The notes: a model not told the origin generated them from the letters alone. 62,778 nt of DNA, filler included, from 9 parts of 9 records of this genome joined end to end with filler, not necessarily neighbours in it, one strand, 5' to 3'. Shown: positions 31,438 to 42,400, counted from the first letter of the whole stretch. Numbers and translations are program-made.

Positions 31438-31599
31438 GGTTTTCCTTGTCTGATGAACAATTCAATCCTCGGGCCACAGCTTACCGCAGTTGGCCGAGAA
31501 TACGGACCGTCAGGCGCACTCCATCGTAACCTGACGGAGCGACGCGGGCAGTCGTAATTGTTCAAAAGACAGACGTTGCGAATCCGGATGTCTGCAGGC

Positions 31600-31827
31600 T
31601 CAGGAATGCCGCAGACAAGCCAGAAGCAGATGACGAACCAGGCTCTGGGAGGACGCATCCAGACAAGAGAAATCCTCGGCGTGCAACTGCCTGTTTTGCA
31701 TTAGCCTGGCCAGACTTTTGGTATCAATGCTGATGCAAACCCGATCATGATGCCGGCTCTCCAGCCAGCTCAGATCTTCAATCTTGTGCGCCTGAACCGG
31801 GTTCGGGCGTGTGAAGGGCATACCCAT
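31600..31827 (-). CDS. Small hypothetical protein (75 aa), second gene of the Fur-boxed operon
   Basis: GGAGGAG RBS immediately upstream. Start lies 18 nt after the previous stop. Contains LHAEDFSCLD. Confidence 0.65.
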   Translation of the reverse strand: MGMPFTRPNPVQAHKIEDLSWLESRHHDRVCISIDTKSLARLMQNRQLHAEDFSCLDASSQSLVRHLLLACLRHS

Positions 31828-31845
31828 AGCTCCTCCGTAAACCTG

Positions 31846-32313
31846 TCAGTGCATGGCCATCGCCGGGCGTGTTGTCGGCGTTGTGAACGGGAACGAGGGC
31901 CAGTTCAGGTACTCGGCAAAGAATTCCGAATGACGACGATGATCCAGCAATACCTCCAGACACTCATCGGTGCTGCATCGACCGGTTATACCCGGGCAGG
32001 GCTCGCTGGATTGCAGGCTGTCCAGAGCCCGGAAAAGCACATGCTCGGCGGCGCTGATGTCGCCACGGTCGCGCAGCGCCCGGCATACCAGTATCGCCGC
32101 CAGGGTCAGCTCTACCTGCATGCAGTCCGGGTGATGTTTGCGGGCCAGGCACGCCAGATCGAAAGCACTGCCGGTGGCGGCCACCAGCTTGTCGGAATCG
32201 TGGTTTTCGCTGAAGGTAAAGGCATATTCCATCCAGAGCAGCCATAGATCATTTTTCTCGTTCAGGGAAAGACTGGCAAACATCCGGCGGTGGCGTGGGC
32301 AGAGAAATTTCAT
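31846..32313 (-). CDS. Hypothetical Cys/His-containing helical protein (155 aa), first gene of the Fur-boxed operon
   Basis: AAGGAGG RBS before ATG 32313 (MKFLCPRHRR...). The longer ORF call from 32565 overlaps the divergent gene and the Fur box, so it was trimmed. Confidence 0.7.
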   Translation of the reverse strand: MKFLCPRHRRMFASLSLNEKNDLWLLWMEYAFTFSENHDSDKLVAATGSAFDLACLARKHHPDCMQVELTLAAILVCRALRDRGDISAAEHVLFRALDSLQSSEPCPGITGRCSTDECLEVLLDHRRHSEFFAEYLNWPSFPFTTPTTRPAMAMH

Positions 32314-32333
32314 GGCGTCCTCCTTGTCTTGAT

Positions 32334-32355
32334 GCAAATGATAATAGTTATCATT
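32334..32355. promoter_or_regulatory. Fur box
   Basis: GCAAATGATAATAGTTATCATT, which contains the palindrome AATGATAA-TAG-TTATCATT. Confidence 0.85.
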
Positions 32356-32469
32356 AAATGAATTGGCAAGGCTCGTGATGATTAATTTTTGTGCATGGAA
32401 CAGGTTTGAGCCTGCCCGCCTTCCGGCGTAAAGTTTGTGCCTCTCTGCCAATCCAACGTCTGCATTCCT

Positions 32470-33606
32470 ATGATCAAGCACCGACCGGTTCCCGCCAGCC
32501 TGGATGATCCGCTCTATTATCTGGAGAACATGGATATTCTGGTGGCCTGGGTCGCGAACCACCACGCGGACCTGTTAACGGAACAGGAGCGAAACCGGCT
32601 GGCGGCCTTCAGCGGCCTGGCCACCGGGCCCCGTGCGCTGCTGACCCGAATGGTAATGCGTACCGGAGAGCTGTTCCGGGCCGACAAGCTGCGTTATCCC
32701 GAACTGCCGGTGCCGGAATCGGAAGCACTCAGGACACTGGTGCAGGCGGGCTGGCTGGATCCTGCGCCGGAGCTAAGCCTGGACGACCTGTTCCGGTTGT
32801 TTACCCTGGCCGAATTACGGCCGGTGTTCGCCGATTGGTTGCAACAGCAGGGTCACCCGAAAACTCTGGGCAAGGCCCGGATGCGGGCGCTGCTGGCGGA
32901 ACCGTTCAATGCACCAAGAGCCCTGGGGGCTTGGCTGCCTGGTGGCGGTGAGGCTTCGACTGTGGTCCGGTTGCAGGACATGGCCCTGTTCGACCGCATC
33001 CGCCTGATGTTCTTCGGCAACCTGCGCCAGAGCTGGACCGACTTTGTACTGGTGGAACTGGGCGTACAGCAGTTCGAGTCTGTGCCATTTACCCCGGCAT
33101 CCCGGGCCTTCCAGCAGCGGGCAGAGGTGGATTGCTACCTGCAGATGCACCGATGCCGGGAACGGCTCGACAACGGCGAACCGGCGGTCGACGTCTGGCT
33201 CGATGTCCCGGGCCCTGTGGATAATCCCTGGCTTTCCAGCCGACGGGACCGTTTATTGCTGGAACTGGGCCGGCAGGCTGAGCGCCAGGGTGAACGGGAA
33301 CTGGCACTTGAGGTCCTGGAAAACAGCGGGCACCGGGAAGCACGGCTGAAACAGCTTCGCTTACTGGAACGGATGAAGCGTTTTCAGGAGGCCTGGGGCA
33401 TTGCCTGTCAGTGGCGAACCAGTGAGCTGAGCGACGCCGAAGCCCAGGGCCTGGCCCGGTTGCTGAAGCGGCTGGCGCCGAAGGTAGGGGCCGACCAGCC
33501 CAAGCCTGTGGATAACCCCCCACTGCAGGAATTCACCCTCACATTGCCGAAGCCGGACACGGGTACGGTGGAGTGGGCAGCGCTGCAGCATCTGGCCACG
33601 GATGAC
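32470..33606 (+). CDS. FAN1-like (VRR-NUC family) nuclease, N-terminal part (3' truncated)
   Basis: DPLYYLEN...LLTRMVMRTGELFRADKLRYPE and RLMFFGNLRQSWTDFVL motifs. The nuclease domain itself is cut off. Confidence 0.78.
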
Positions 33607-33706
33607 NNNNNNNNNNNNNNNNNNNNNNNNNNNNNNNNNNNNNNNNNNNNTTAATTAATTAANNNNNNNNNNNNNNNNNNNNNNNNNNNNNNNNNNNNNN
33701 NNNNNN

Positions 33707-34786
33707 ACGCTGAACCAGCTGCTGGTGGAAATGGATGGTTTCGAGGCAAACGAAGGCGTTATCATCGTGGCCGCAACCAACCGCCGCGATGTGCTAGACC
33801 CGGCGCTGCTGCGCCCGGGCCGCTTTGACCGCCAGGTGACTGTGCCCAACCCCGATATCAAGGGCCGCGAGAAAATCTTGGGCGTGCATGCGCGCAAAAC
33901 CCCGCTTGGGCCCGATGTTGATTTGCGCATCATCGCGCGCGGGACCCCGGGCTTTTCGGGCGCCGATCTGGCCAACCTGGTGAACGAGGCCGCGCTGATG
34001 GCTGCGCGTGTGGGCCGGCGTTTTGTGACGATGGAAGATTTCGAAAGCGCCAAAGACAAGGTGATGATGGGGGCCGAGCGCCGTTCGATGGTGCTGACCG
34101 CCGATCAGAAAGAAAAGACTGCCTATCACGAAGCGGGCCATGCTGTTGTGGGCTTGGCCTTGCCGAAATGCGACCCCGTTTACAAAGCCACCATCATTCC
34201 GCGTGGTGGGGCCTTGGGCATGGTTGTCAGCCTGCCGGAAATGGACCGCCTGAACTATCATAAATCAGAATGCGAACAGCGGCTGGCCATGACCATGGCC
34301 GGTAAAGCGGCAGAAATTCTGAAATATGGCGAGGACGAGGTTTCCAACGGCCCGGCTGGCGATATTCAACAAGCCAGCCAGCTGGCGCGCGCCATGGTGA
34401 TGCGTTGGGGCATGTCTGACAAAGTGGGCAATATTGACTATGCCGAGGCGCATGAAGGCTATTCTGGCAACACGGCGGGGTTCTCGGTGTCGGCCCATAC
34501 CAAAGAGCTGATCGAAGAAGAGGTCAAACGCTTGATCCAGAGCGGCTATGAGCTGGCCCATAAAATTCTGGTCGAGCAGAAAGACGAATGGGAACGTTTG
34601 GCCCAAGGGTTGTTGGAATACGAAACCCTGACGGGCGAAGAAATCAAACGCGTGATGAAGGGCGAACCGCCCCAATCTGGCCCAGACGATGATGGCGAGG
34701 CGCAGCCGGTTGCATCGGTGACGGCGATACCGAAAACCAAGCCAAAGTCGAAGCCATCGGGCGATCTTAGCGCTGATCCGGCCTGA
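33707..34786 (+). CDS. ftsH: ATP-dependent zinc metalloprotease FtsH, C-terminal part (5' truncated)
   Basis: [21 protein letters not shown] and AYHEAGHA motifs. Confidence 0.96.
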   Translation, partial: TLNQLLVEMDGFEANEGVIIVAATNRRDVLDPALLRPGRFDRQVTVPNPDIKGREKILGVHARKTPLGPDVDLRIIARGTPGFSGADLANLVNEAALMAARVGRRFVTMEDFESAKDKVMMGAERRSMVLTADQKEKTAYHEAGHAVVGLALPKCDPVYKATIIPRGGALGMVVSLPEMDRLNYHKSECEQRLAMTMAGKAAEILKYGEDEVSNGPAGDIQQASQLARAMVMRWGMSDKVGNIDYAEAHEGYSGNTAGFSVSAHTKELIEEEVKRLIQSGYELAHKILVEQKDEWERLAQGLLEYETLTGEEIKRVMKGEPPQSGPDDDGEAQPVASVTAIPKTKPKSKPSGDLSADPA

Positions 34787-34807
34787 TCTGGCCCAAAACC
34801 CACGAAC

Positions 34808-34847
34808 AAAACCCCGCGGGCCCCGTGCCACGCGGGGTTTTTATTTT
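34808..34847 (+). terminator. Intrinsic terminator after ftsH
   Basis: AAAACCCCGCG...CGCGGGGTTTTTATTTT. Confidence 0.75.
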
Positions 34848-34885
34848 GCGCCCACTCCGATGCCCATGCGCGGGCCAAGAGGGCC

Positions 34886-34925
34886 AAAAAAAACGCGCCC
34901 CTTGGGGGGCGCGCGTTTGCTTTTT
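34886..34925 (-). terminator. Intrinsic terminator after the fatty-acid oxidation gene
   Basis: GC-rich hairpin followed by T8 on the minus strand. Confidence 0.65.
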
Positions 34926-34940
34926 GGCGTGGGCCATGCC

Positions 34941-37142
34941 TTAGGCGGCCTGCGCCCCATTGGGGTTGAAACGCTGGTAAAAGCTTTCGCCGTTTTCCGC
35001 CATTTCACGCAGCAGCGGCGGGCAGGCGAACCGATCGCCAAAGGCTGCTTGCAGCTGGTCGCAGCGTTCGGCCGCATAGGCGGCGCCCAGCATATCGAGA
35101 TAGGCAAAGGGCCCACCGGACCAGGGCGCAAAGCCCCAGGCCAGAATAGCGCCCACATCCCCCTCGCGGATATCTTCCAGCACGCCCTCTTCCAGCGCGC
35201 GCACGGCCTCTAGCACTTGGGCAAACATCAGCCGGTCTTTGACATCTTGCAGCGCGGGCAGCGTTTCGGCGGCGGGGAATTTATCGGTGACACCCTGCCA
35301 ATAGCCCAGGCGCTTGCCCGCCGCGTCATAATCGAAGAACCCCGCTTTTGATTTGCGCCCCAAACGCCCCTGCTCTTCCATCCAGAAAATCAGGTCGTCT
35401 GCGGGGCTGGCCGGATAGGCATTGCCCATTGCGGCCTTGGTGGCGCGGGCAATCTTTGCGCCCAGATCGATCGAGGTTTCATCGGTCAGCTGGATTGGCC
35501 CCACCGGAAAGCCCAGCTGCTGTGCGGCATGATCTACCATGGCAGCCGGCGTGCCTTCGGTGACGATGCGCATCGCCTCGTTCATATAAGGAATGATGCA
35601 GCGGTTGCAGTAAAAGAAGCGCGCATCATTCACAACGATCGGTGTTTTGCGGATCTGGCGCACGTAATCCAGCGCCTTGGCCACCGCCCGCGCGCCGGTT
35701 TCTTTGCCCTTGATGATTTCCACCAGCAACATCCGCTCGACGGGCGAGAAGAAGTGAATACCGATAAACTGATCTGGCTTGTCTGATGCCTTGGCCAAAT
35801 CGGTAATCGGCAAGGTGGATGTGTTTGACGCATAAATGCAATCCTCCGGGATCACCGCCAGCGCCTTTTTCGTCACCTCGGCCTTCACGCCCATATCCTC
35901 GAACACCGCCTCGATGATCAGGTCACAGCCCGCCAGCGCCGCATAATCGGTGGTCGGGGTGATCTGGCCCAAAACGGCGGCTTTCTTTTCTGCCGTCACG
36001 CGGCCGCGTTTGATGCCCTTGTCCAAATAGGCCTCGCTATAGGCGCGCCCCTTTTCGGCAGCCTCTTGCGTGGCATCGATCAACACCACCTCGATACCCG
36101 CCATGGCACTGACCAGCGCAATACCGGCCCCCATCATGCCAGCGCCCAAGACGCCCAGCTTTTTCACCGATTGATCGGCAATACCCTGCGGGCGCACGGC
36201 CCCTTTTTCCAACGCTTCTTTATTCAGGAAAAGCGAGCGGATCATCGCCGCTGACGAGGGGTTCATCAGCACATGGGTGAACCAGCGCGCCTCGATTTTC
36301 AGCGCTGTGTCAAAGGGCACCAAAGCGCCCTCGTAAACCGCAGATAGCAGCGCTTTGGGCGCGGGAAAGGCGCCCTTGGTTTTGCCATTCACCATGGCGC
36401 TGGCGCCCACAAATGTCATGAACCCTGCGGGGTGATAGGGGGCACCGCCGGGCATTTTATACCCCTTTGCATCCCACGGCTTGACCAGATCAGCATCGGT
36501 GGCGCCCAGCACCCAAGCGCGGGCTGCCGCCACCGGGTCTGCGACCACCTCGTCGATGATCCCGGCTGATTTGGCTTTCTTGGGGTCAACCATCTTGCCT
36601 TCCAGCAAAAAGCCAGATGCCGCCATCGCGCCCAGTTTTCGAACCAAACGCGTGGTGCCGCCGGCGCCCGGGAAAATACCCACCAGAATTTCCGGCAGCC
36701 CCAGCTTGGCCTTGGGGTTATCGGCTGCGAAAATGCGATGCGTGGCCAAGGGCAATTCCAGCCCAATGCCGGCCGCCGTGCCGGGCAGGGCCGCAGCGAT
36801 GGGTTTGCCGCCCTTTTTGGTTTTAAAATCCATCCCCGCCAGTTCGATTTTACGCAGCAGCGCATGCATTTGCATAATGCCGTCAAACAGCCCCTGCGCG
36901 GGGTTGTCGCCCGCCTGTGCGCGCATATCGGCCAAAACGTTTAAATCCATCCCCCCGGCAAAATCTTTCTTGCCCGAGGTGATCACAACGCCTTTTACCG
37001 CCGCATCGGCCAGGGCATCATCAATGCAGGCATCCAATTGCAACAGCGCCTCGGCGCTCATCACATTCATGCTTTTGCCAGGGCAATCCCAGGTGATCGT
37101 GGCAATGCCTTCGGCGTCTTTTGTAATGCTGAAATCGGTCAT
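34941..37142 (-). CDS. Multifunctional enoyl-CoA hydratase / 3-hydroxyacyl-CoA dehydrogenase (FadB/FadJ-like)
   Basis: Crotonase motifs FAGGMDL and GLPEILVGIFPGAGGT. Dehydrogenase motifs GAGMMG, EAVFE, SNTSTLPI and GIHFFSPV. Start re-placed at ATG 37142. Confidence 0.92.
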   Translation of the reverse strand: MTDFSITKDAEGIATITWDCPGKSMNVMSAEALLQLDACIDDALADAAVKGVVITSGKKDFAGGMDLNVLADMRAQAGDNPAQGLFDGIMQMHALLRKIELAGMDFKTKKGGKPIAAALPGTAAGIGLELPLATHRIFAADNPKAKLGLPEILVGIFPGAGGTTRLVRKLGAMAASGFLLEGKMVDPKKAKSAGIIDEVVADPVAAARAWVLGATDADLVKPWDAKGYKMPGGAPYHPAGFMTFVGASAMVNGKTKGAFPAPKALLSAVYEGALVPFDTALKIEARWFTHVLMNPSSAAMIRSLFLNKEALEKGAVRPQGIADQSVKKLGVLGAGMMGAGIALVSAMAGIEVVLIDATQEAAEKGRAYSEAYLDKGIKRGRVTAEKKAAVLGQITPTTDYAALAGCDLIIEAVFEDMGVKAEVTKKALAVIPEDCIYASNTSTLPITDLAKASDKPDQFIGIHFFSPVERMLLVEIIKGKETGARAVAKALDYVRQIRKTPIVVNDARFFYCNRCIIPYMNEAMRIVTEGTPAAMVDHAAQQLGFPVGPIQLTDETSIDLGAKIARATKAAMGNAYPASPADDLIFWMEEQGRLGRKSKAGFFDYDAAGKRLGYWQGVTDKFPAAETLPALQDVKDRLMFAQVLEAVRALEEGVLEDIREGDVGAILAWGFAPWSGGPFAYLDMLGAAYAAERCDQLQAAFGDRFACPPLLREMAENGESFYQRFNPNGAQAA

Positions 37143-37152
37143 TTTCTGCCCC

Positions 37153-38364
37153 TTACACCCGTTCAATGATTGTCGCGGCACCCATGCCCGACGCAATACA
37201 CAGCGTGGCCAGCCCCGTGCCCTTGCCGGTGCGCTCTAGCTCGTCAAGCAACGTGCCGATAATGATGGCGCCCGTCGCCCCCAGCGGGTGGCCCATGGCG
37301 ATAGAGCCGCCATTCACATTGACCACGCTTGGATCAACATCAAAGGCCTGCATGAAGCGCAGCACAACGGCGGCAAAGGCCTCGTTTACCTCGAACAGGT
37401 CAATGTCGCTGATCGACATGCCGCTGTCGGCCAAGATTTTCTCGGTCACAGGCACCGGGCCTGTCAGCATGATGGTGGGGTCGGTGCCAATCTTTGCCGT
37501 GGCGCGAATGCGTGCACGCGGCTTGAGCCCCCATTTTTCGCCAAATTCCTTGTTGCCAATCAAAACACCCGCCGCACCATCCACAATGCCCGAGCTGTTG
37601 CCGGCATGGTGAATATGCTCGATCCGCTCTAGATGGGGGTATTTCAGCAGCGCCACCGCATCAAAGCCGGGCATCACCTCGCCCATATCTTTGAAACTGG
37701 CCTTCAACGCCCCAAGCGACTGCATATCGGTGCTGGGGCGCATATACTCGTCATGGTCCAAAATGGTCAGGCCGTTTTGGTCAAGAACCGGCACGACAGA
37801 TTTGGCAAAACGGTTCTCCGCCCAAGCCTGCGCCGCACGGCGCTGCGATTGCACCGCCAGGGCATCGGCCTCGTCACGGCTAAAGCCATATTCGGTGGCG
37901 ATAATATCGGCTGAAATGCCTTGCGGCACGAAATATTTCTCCATCGCCAGGCTGGGATCTACCGCGATGGCCGCGCCATCGCTGCCCATGGCCACGCGCC
38001 CCATCATTTCCACCCCACCGGCGATATAGGCCTGGCCCGCCCCACCGCGAATTTGGTTGGCGGCCAGGTTCACAGCCTCCATCCCGCTGGCGCAAAACCG
38101 GTTGATTGCCAGGCCCGGTATGCGCTCGTCCAGATCCGAGGCCAAAACCGCGCTGCGCGCCAAACAGCCCCCTTGCTCCATCACTTGGGTCACATTGCCC
38201 CAAATCACGTCTTCCACCGCATGGCCCTGCAACCCATTGCGGCTTTGCAAAGCGTTTAACACATGCGCAGACAGGCGCAGCGATGTCACCTCGTGCAGGC
38301 TGCCATCCGGGCGCCCCTTGCCGCGTGGCGTGCGCACGGTGTCGTAAATATAGGCCTCAGTCAT
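37153..38364 (-). CDS. Acetyl-CoA C-acyltransferase (thiolase)
   Basis: INRFCASG, NEAFA, GHPLGATG and LCIASGMG motifs. Confidence 0.94.
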   Translation of the reverse strand: MTEAYIYDTVRTPRGKGRPDGSLHEVTSLRLSAHVLNALQSRNGLQGHAVEDVIWGNVTQVMEQGGCLARSAVLASDLDERIPGLAINRFCASGMEAVNLAANQIRGGAGQAYIAGGVEMMGRVAMGSDGAAIAVDPSLAMEKYFVPQGISADIIATEYGFSRDEADALAVQSQRRAAQAWAENRFAKSVVPVLDQNGLTILDHDEYMRPSTDMQSLGALKASFKDMGEVMPGFDAVALLKYPHLERIEHIHHAGNSSGIVDGAAGVLIGNKEFGEKWGLKPRARIRATAKIGTDPTIMLTGPVPVTEKILADSGMSISDIDLFEVNEAFAAVVLRFMQAFDVDPSVVNVNGGSIAMGHPLGATGAIIIGTLLDELERTGKGTGLATLCIASGMGAATIIERV

Positions 38365-38378
38365 AGCGTTCTCCTTGC

Positions 38379-39011
38379 TCAGGCGCGATCAGATGGGTTG
38401 CCGGGCATCAAATCATACGGATGCGCCCAGCCTGGCATCGCAGCGATATTATCCAGCCAGCGGTTGATATTGGCCCAGTCGCCGCGGTCAAACCCGAAAG
38501 GTTCGGGGTAAAACAGATAGCCGCAACAGGCGATATCGGCATGGGTTATCGCATCACCCACCAGCCAGTCACGCCCCGCAAGTGCCGCGTCCAAAGTGGC
38601 AAAGGCGGCCTTTAAACGGCCTTGCGAAAAGGCAATAACCTCTTGCGGGCGCTTTTCGGGCGGCAGAAAATTCATCAAAAACCGGGTCATACCCGCCTGC
38701 GAGGACATCTTGTGATTGTCCCAAAACATCCAGCGCATCACATCGCGCGCCTCGGCCGGGGTTTGCCCACCAAATTTCCCGGTTTTTTCCGTTACATACA
38801 GCTGGATTACCCCCGATTGCGTCAGAACCGTGTCGCCATCTTCCAGCACAGGCACCTCGCCCATCACGTTCTTTTGGCGAAAATCCCCGCCACGGGTTTG
38901 GCCGCCGAAGAAATCAACATATTCGGCCTCCCATGGCAGCCCCGACAGTTGCAGCGCCAAAGCCGCCTTATAGGCATTTCCGCTTTCGCCAAAACAATGC
39001 AGTTTCATCAT
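38379..39011 (-). CDS. Glutathione S-transferase family protein
   Basis: ESGNAYK, NVMGEVPVL, TQSGVI and ITHADIA motifs. Start is one of three tandem ATGs (39008/39011/39014). Confidence 0.9.
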   Translation of the reverse strand: MMKLHCFGESGNAYKAALALQLSGLPWEAEYVDFFGGQTRGGDFRQKNVMGEVPVLEDGDTVLTQSGVIQLYVTEKTGKFGGQTPAEARDVMRWMFWDNHKMSSQAGMTRFLMNFLPPEKRPQEVIAFSQGRLKAAFATLDAALAGRDWLVGDAITHADIACCGYLFYPEPFGFDRGDWANINRWLDNIAAMPGWAHPYDLMPGNPSDRA

Positions 39012-39041
39012 CATCCTCTCCCTCGCGTTTTGATGTCGCCA

Positions 39042-39264
39042 GCGGGGGTTTTGCACCCCCGCACCCCCGCAGAGTATTTTGGGCAAGATGAAGGGCTGAT
39101 CTTCATCTGTCCTTAACCCCTTGTGGTGATCCTTTCCCTTGCGCAACAGGCTGGAGAGCCGATGGGCGCGCAAGGTGAAGCCCCACCACCGGACTGAAGC
39201 AAGCCTGCCCGTGCCGGTGGTGGGGTGTTTGGTTTTCATCTTGCCCAAATACTCCCGCCGGAGG
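39042..39264. repeat. Composite REP-like intergenic element: inverted copies of the GAGTATTT-GGGCAAGATGAA motif plus hairpins
   Basis: Hairpin GCGGGGGT-TTTGC-ACCCCCGC. Motif at 39072-39093 and inverted at 39235-39254. A 12-bp stem CCCCACCACCGG/CCGGTGGTGGGG spans 39181-39225. The contig breaks inside the element. Confidence 0.7.
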
Positions 39265-39364
39265 NNNNNNNNNNNNNNNNNNNNNNNNNNNNNNNNNNNN
39301 NNNNNNNNTTAATTAATTAANNNNNNNNNNNNNNNNNNNNNNNNNNNNNNNNNNNNNNNNNNNN

Positions 39365-39458
39365 TGTGTGTGTGTGTGTGTGTGTTCAAGGGGGAGGGGG
39401 TCGGCTTGTCCCTGGTGTGTTGTTCCATGTGCTCACCCTCCCCCTCCTCCACGCACAG
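39365..39458 (+). other. Eukaryotic intron 3' end with a (TG)10 microsatellite
   Basis: (TG)n at 39365-39384, branch-like GCTCAC at 39431-39436, polypyrimidine tract and CAG acceptor at 39456-39458. Protein-like sequence starts exactly afterwards. Confidence 0.7.
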
Positions 39459-42400
39459 GCACCACCACGACCGCGTCGCTGTACGTGGATGGTCACTTGG
39501 AAGGCAGCGTGGCCAGCTCCAGCGTGCCTGCCGCAGGGGCGTCCGTGCACTTTGGCGGCGGCGCGTGGGGCGGGGCGAGCGCGTCTGGGGTGCTCGCGGA
39601 CGTTCGCGTGTACGACGCGGCCCTGTCGCCAACCAGCGTGCTGTTCGTGGCGCAGGTGTCGTCCAGCGACGGCACGGCGTGCGACCGCACCACCACGGAC
39701 GGGGTGTCGTGGGGCGTGTGGGGCTGCGGGACCGCCGCCACGCCGTCGTACCGGTGCGGCTCGCTCAACCAGCGCGCAAAGGTGGAGACGAGCGCGGAGC
39801 TGGGCGCGACGTGGGACTTGGGCGACGACGGCGTGTGGGAGGCGAACAACGTGGCCAAGTCCGGGCACGCGAACGGCGGCGTGCTGTGCTGCCTGGAAGA
39901 CCCCGCCACCGCGCACTTTGTGGACGTGTCCATCACCGAGCTGGTGGAGAACAAGCGGTACGAGGTGAAGGCCGAGTTTGTGGTGGACGGGCAGTACACG
40001 CTCAGCATCCGCGACCGGGCGCTGGAGGACAACGCGGGCAACAAGCTGGTGGGCGACACCGCAGACCTTCCCGCCCACGTGGACACCACCGCGCCCACGC
40101 TGCAAGTGGAGCTGCTGACCATGCCGGGCCCCACCGACGACACGCACCTCGAGTGGCTGGTGACGGCGAGCGAGGTGCTCAAGGACTTCTCGGTGCAAGA
40201 CCTGGCGCTCCTCACGGCGTCGCTGGCCACGGCGCAGGACCAGCCCACCGTCAAGACCGTGGTGCAGGCCAACCTCGAGTACGTGGTGCAGGCGGACGTG
40301 CAGTTCGACGACGACTACACGCTGACGGTCGTGGAGGAGGCCGTGACCGACCTCGCGAGCCTGCCCAACCCCGCCACCGCCTCTGCCGACCGCTCGGCCC
40401 TCATCGACACCGCCACGCCGTCGCTCTGGGTGGGCCTGGCCAGCTCCAGCGGGCCCATCAGCGACCCCGTGATCAAGTACAACGTGTACAGCAGCGGCGA
40501 GAGCGCGGAGCCCACGCCACGGCGCTTCGGCGCGGGCCTGCTCGCGCGGTGGACCTTCGACGGCGACGCGGACGGGGACGGCTGGTTGGCCGACCGCGCG
40601 TCGGACACGTTCCACGGCAGCGTGCGAGGGGTGGGCGTCGCGCGGCCGGGCGGGGTGGCCGGGTCGCTGGGGCTCGGGCTGGGCGGGCTGGCGGCCGTCA
40701 GCGTGGGCCAGCACTCGTACCTCACCGCCACCACCACGCTCACCGTCTCGCTGTGGGTCAAGCTCACGGACACCACGGGCGAGCAAGTGTTCTTCGGGTC
40801 GCAGGGCGCGGCGAGCTTCGCCACGGTGGGCAAGACCGCCGCGCACCTCCTGTTCGTGGACTCGCCCGCGGCCGCCACGGCGTCCGGCGGCGGGCCGACG
40901 ATGGAGCAGGACCGCTGGTACCACGTGGCGCTCGTCAACGACGACGGCGCGCGCAAGGACCTGTTCGTGGACGGCGCGCTCGTGGAGAGCTTCCCCGCCA
41001 CGGCGGTGTCCGGCCCCGACGGGTTCGACCTGTTCATCGGGTCCGACGGCACGGCGTCCACGCGCGTGCGCGGCGTGCTGGACGACGTGCGCTTGTGGGA
41101 CCGCGCCCTTGCGCCCCTCGAGGTGGCCGGGGTGTTCGCGGAGACGGCCAGCCTCGGCGCCGAGGTGCCGGCCTCCGCGCTGGCCGTCCACTTCAACGCC
41201 TCGGCGCAGTCGGCGGCCGCCGTCGACGCGGGCACCGCCGTGGACAGCGCGGGCGGGCTGGCGCTGCTGGCGCTGCTGCCCTCGGCGGCGTCGTACCACG
41301 GCGTGCACCACGGCGTGCCGAGCTGGGACCTGAGCAGCGGCGCGAGCCTGCAGCAGCAGGCGGGCGGCGGTTCCACCACGCACGCGCTCCCCGCGACGGC
41401 GTACACGCACGCCTACTGGGTGTTCTTCGACGACGGCACCACCAGCGCGTTCCTGTTCGAGTCGGACACGCACGTGCTGGCCGCGGTGGTGGGGGGCGAG
41501 CTGGGCCTGTGCACCACGGCCGCGTGCGACGCCGGCTCGTTCGTGGGCTCGGGCCACCAGCTGGTCACCGGCCAGTGGCACTTGGTGGTGGTCGTGGTGG
41601 ACGCCTCGAGCGCGCCCGGCACGTCCACGTTCCTCGTCGGGACGGGCCGGGTCGGGCCGCGCGGCACGGCGGCGGTGGGCGTGGCGCCGTCCGGCGCGCT
41701 GCGGTCGCTGGGCGCGGGCACGGGCGGCGGGGCCGGCAGCGGCGCGTTCGTGTCGCAGGCGCTGCTGTGGGACAAGGCGCTCTCCGCGGTGGAGGTGCAG
41801 CAGCTGTGGGACCAGTCCAAGTTCGAGCACTTTGGCGGCTTCTGCGACGTGGAGTGCCAGTGGTCGTCCGAGTTCGCGTCGGTGCCGCACCCCAAGGCGC
41901 TGTGGGCGTTCGACGTGGCCGGCGACAGCGTGGGCACGGACACGAGCGTGATGCTGAACCACATCGGCGCGTTCGGCACGGCGCAGTTCGCGGCGCAGGG
42001 GCGCTTCGGGGGCGGGCTCAGCCTCCCCGACGCGTCGTCGGCCTTCCTCGCCCCCACCACCACCACCAACGTCGTGTACCCGCCCGTCACCACCGAGTAC
42101 AGCGCCAAGGTGCCCACGGGCGTGCCCACCGGCACCGCGCACTTCACCGTGGCGGCGTGGTTCCGCACGGACGCGGCCAGCGCCTCGGACAGCGTGCTGG
42201 TGAGCTGGGGCCAGGGCACCACGGGCGCCAACGTGGTGGGCGTGCTGGCGGACGGCGCGGGCGTGTTCCACTCGTTCAGCGACTCGCTCAGCGCGGTGAC
42301 GGCGGGCATTCCCTCCTCGTCTTCGTCGTCGCCGTCGTCGCGGTGGTCGGGCACGCTCGCGGACGGGGCGTGGCACCACGTGGTCGTCTCGCGCGGGGCC

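Noticed and set aside
31846-32565. 239-aa version of the hypothetical ORF
   Set aside because: The extension runs through the Fur box and overlaps the divergent nuclease gene. The RBS supports ATG 32313.
39368-39458. ORF-track N-terminus MCVCVCSRGRG... of the giant protein
   Set aside because: It is a translation of a TG microsatellite and intron, not a real start.
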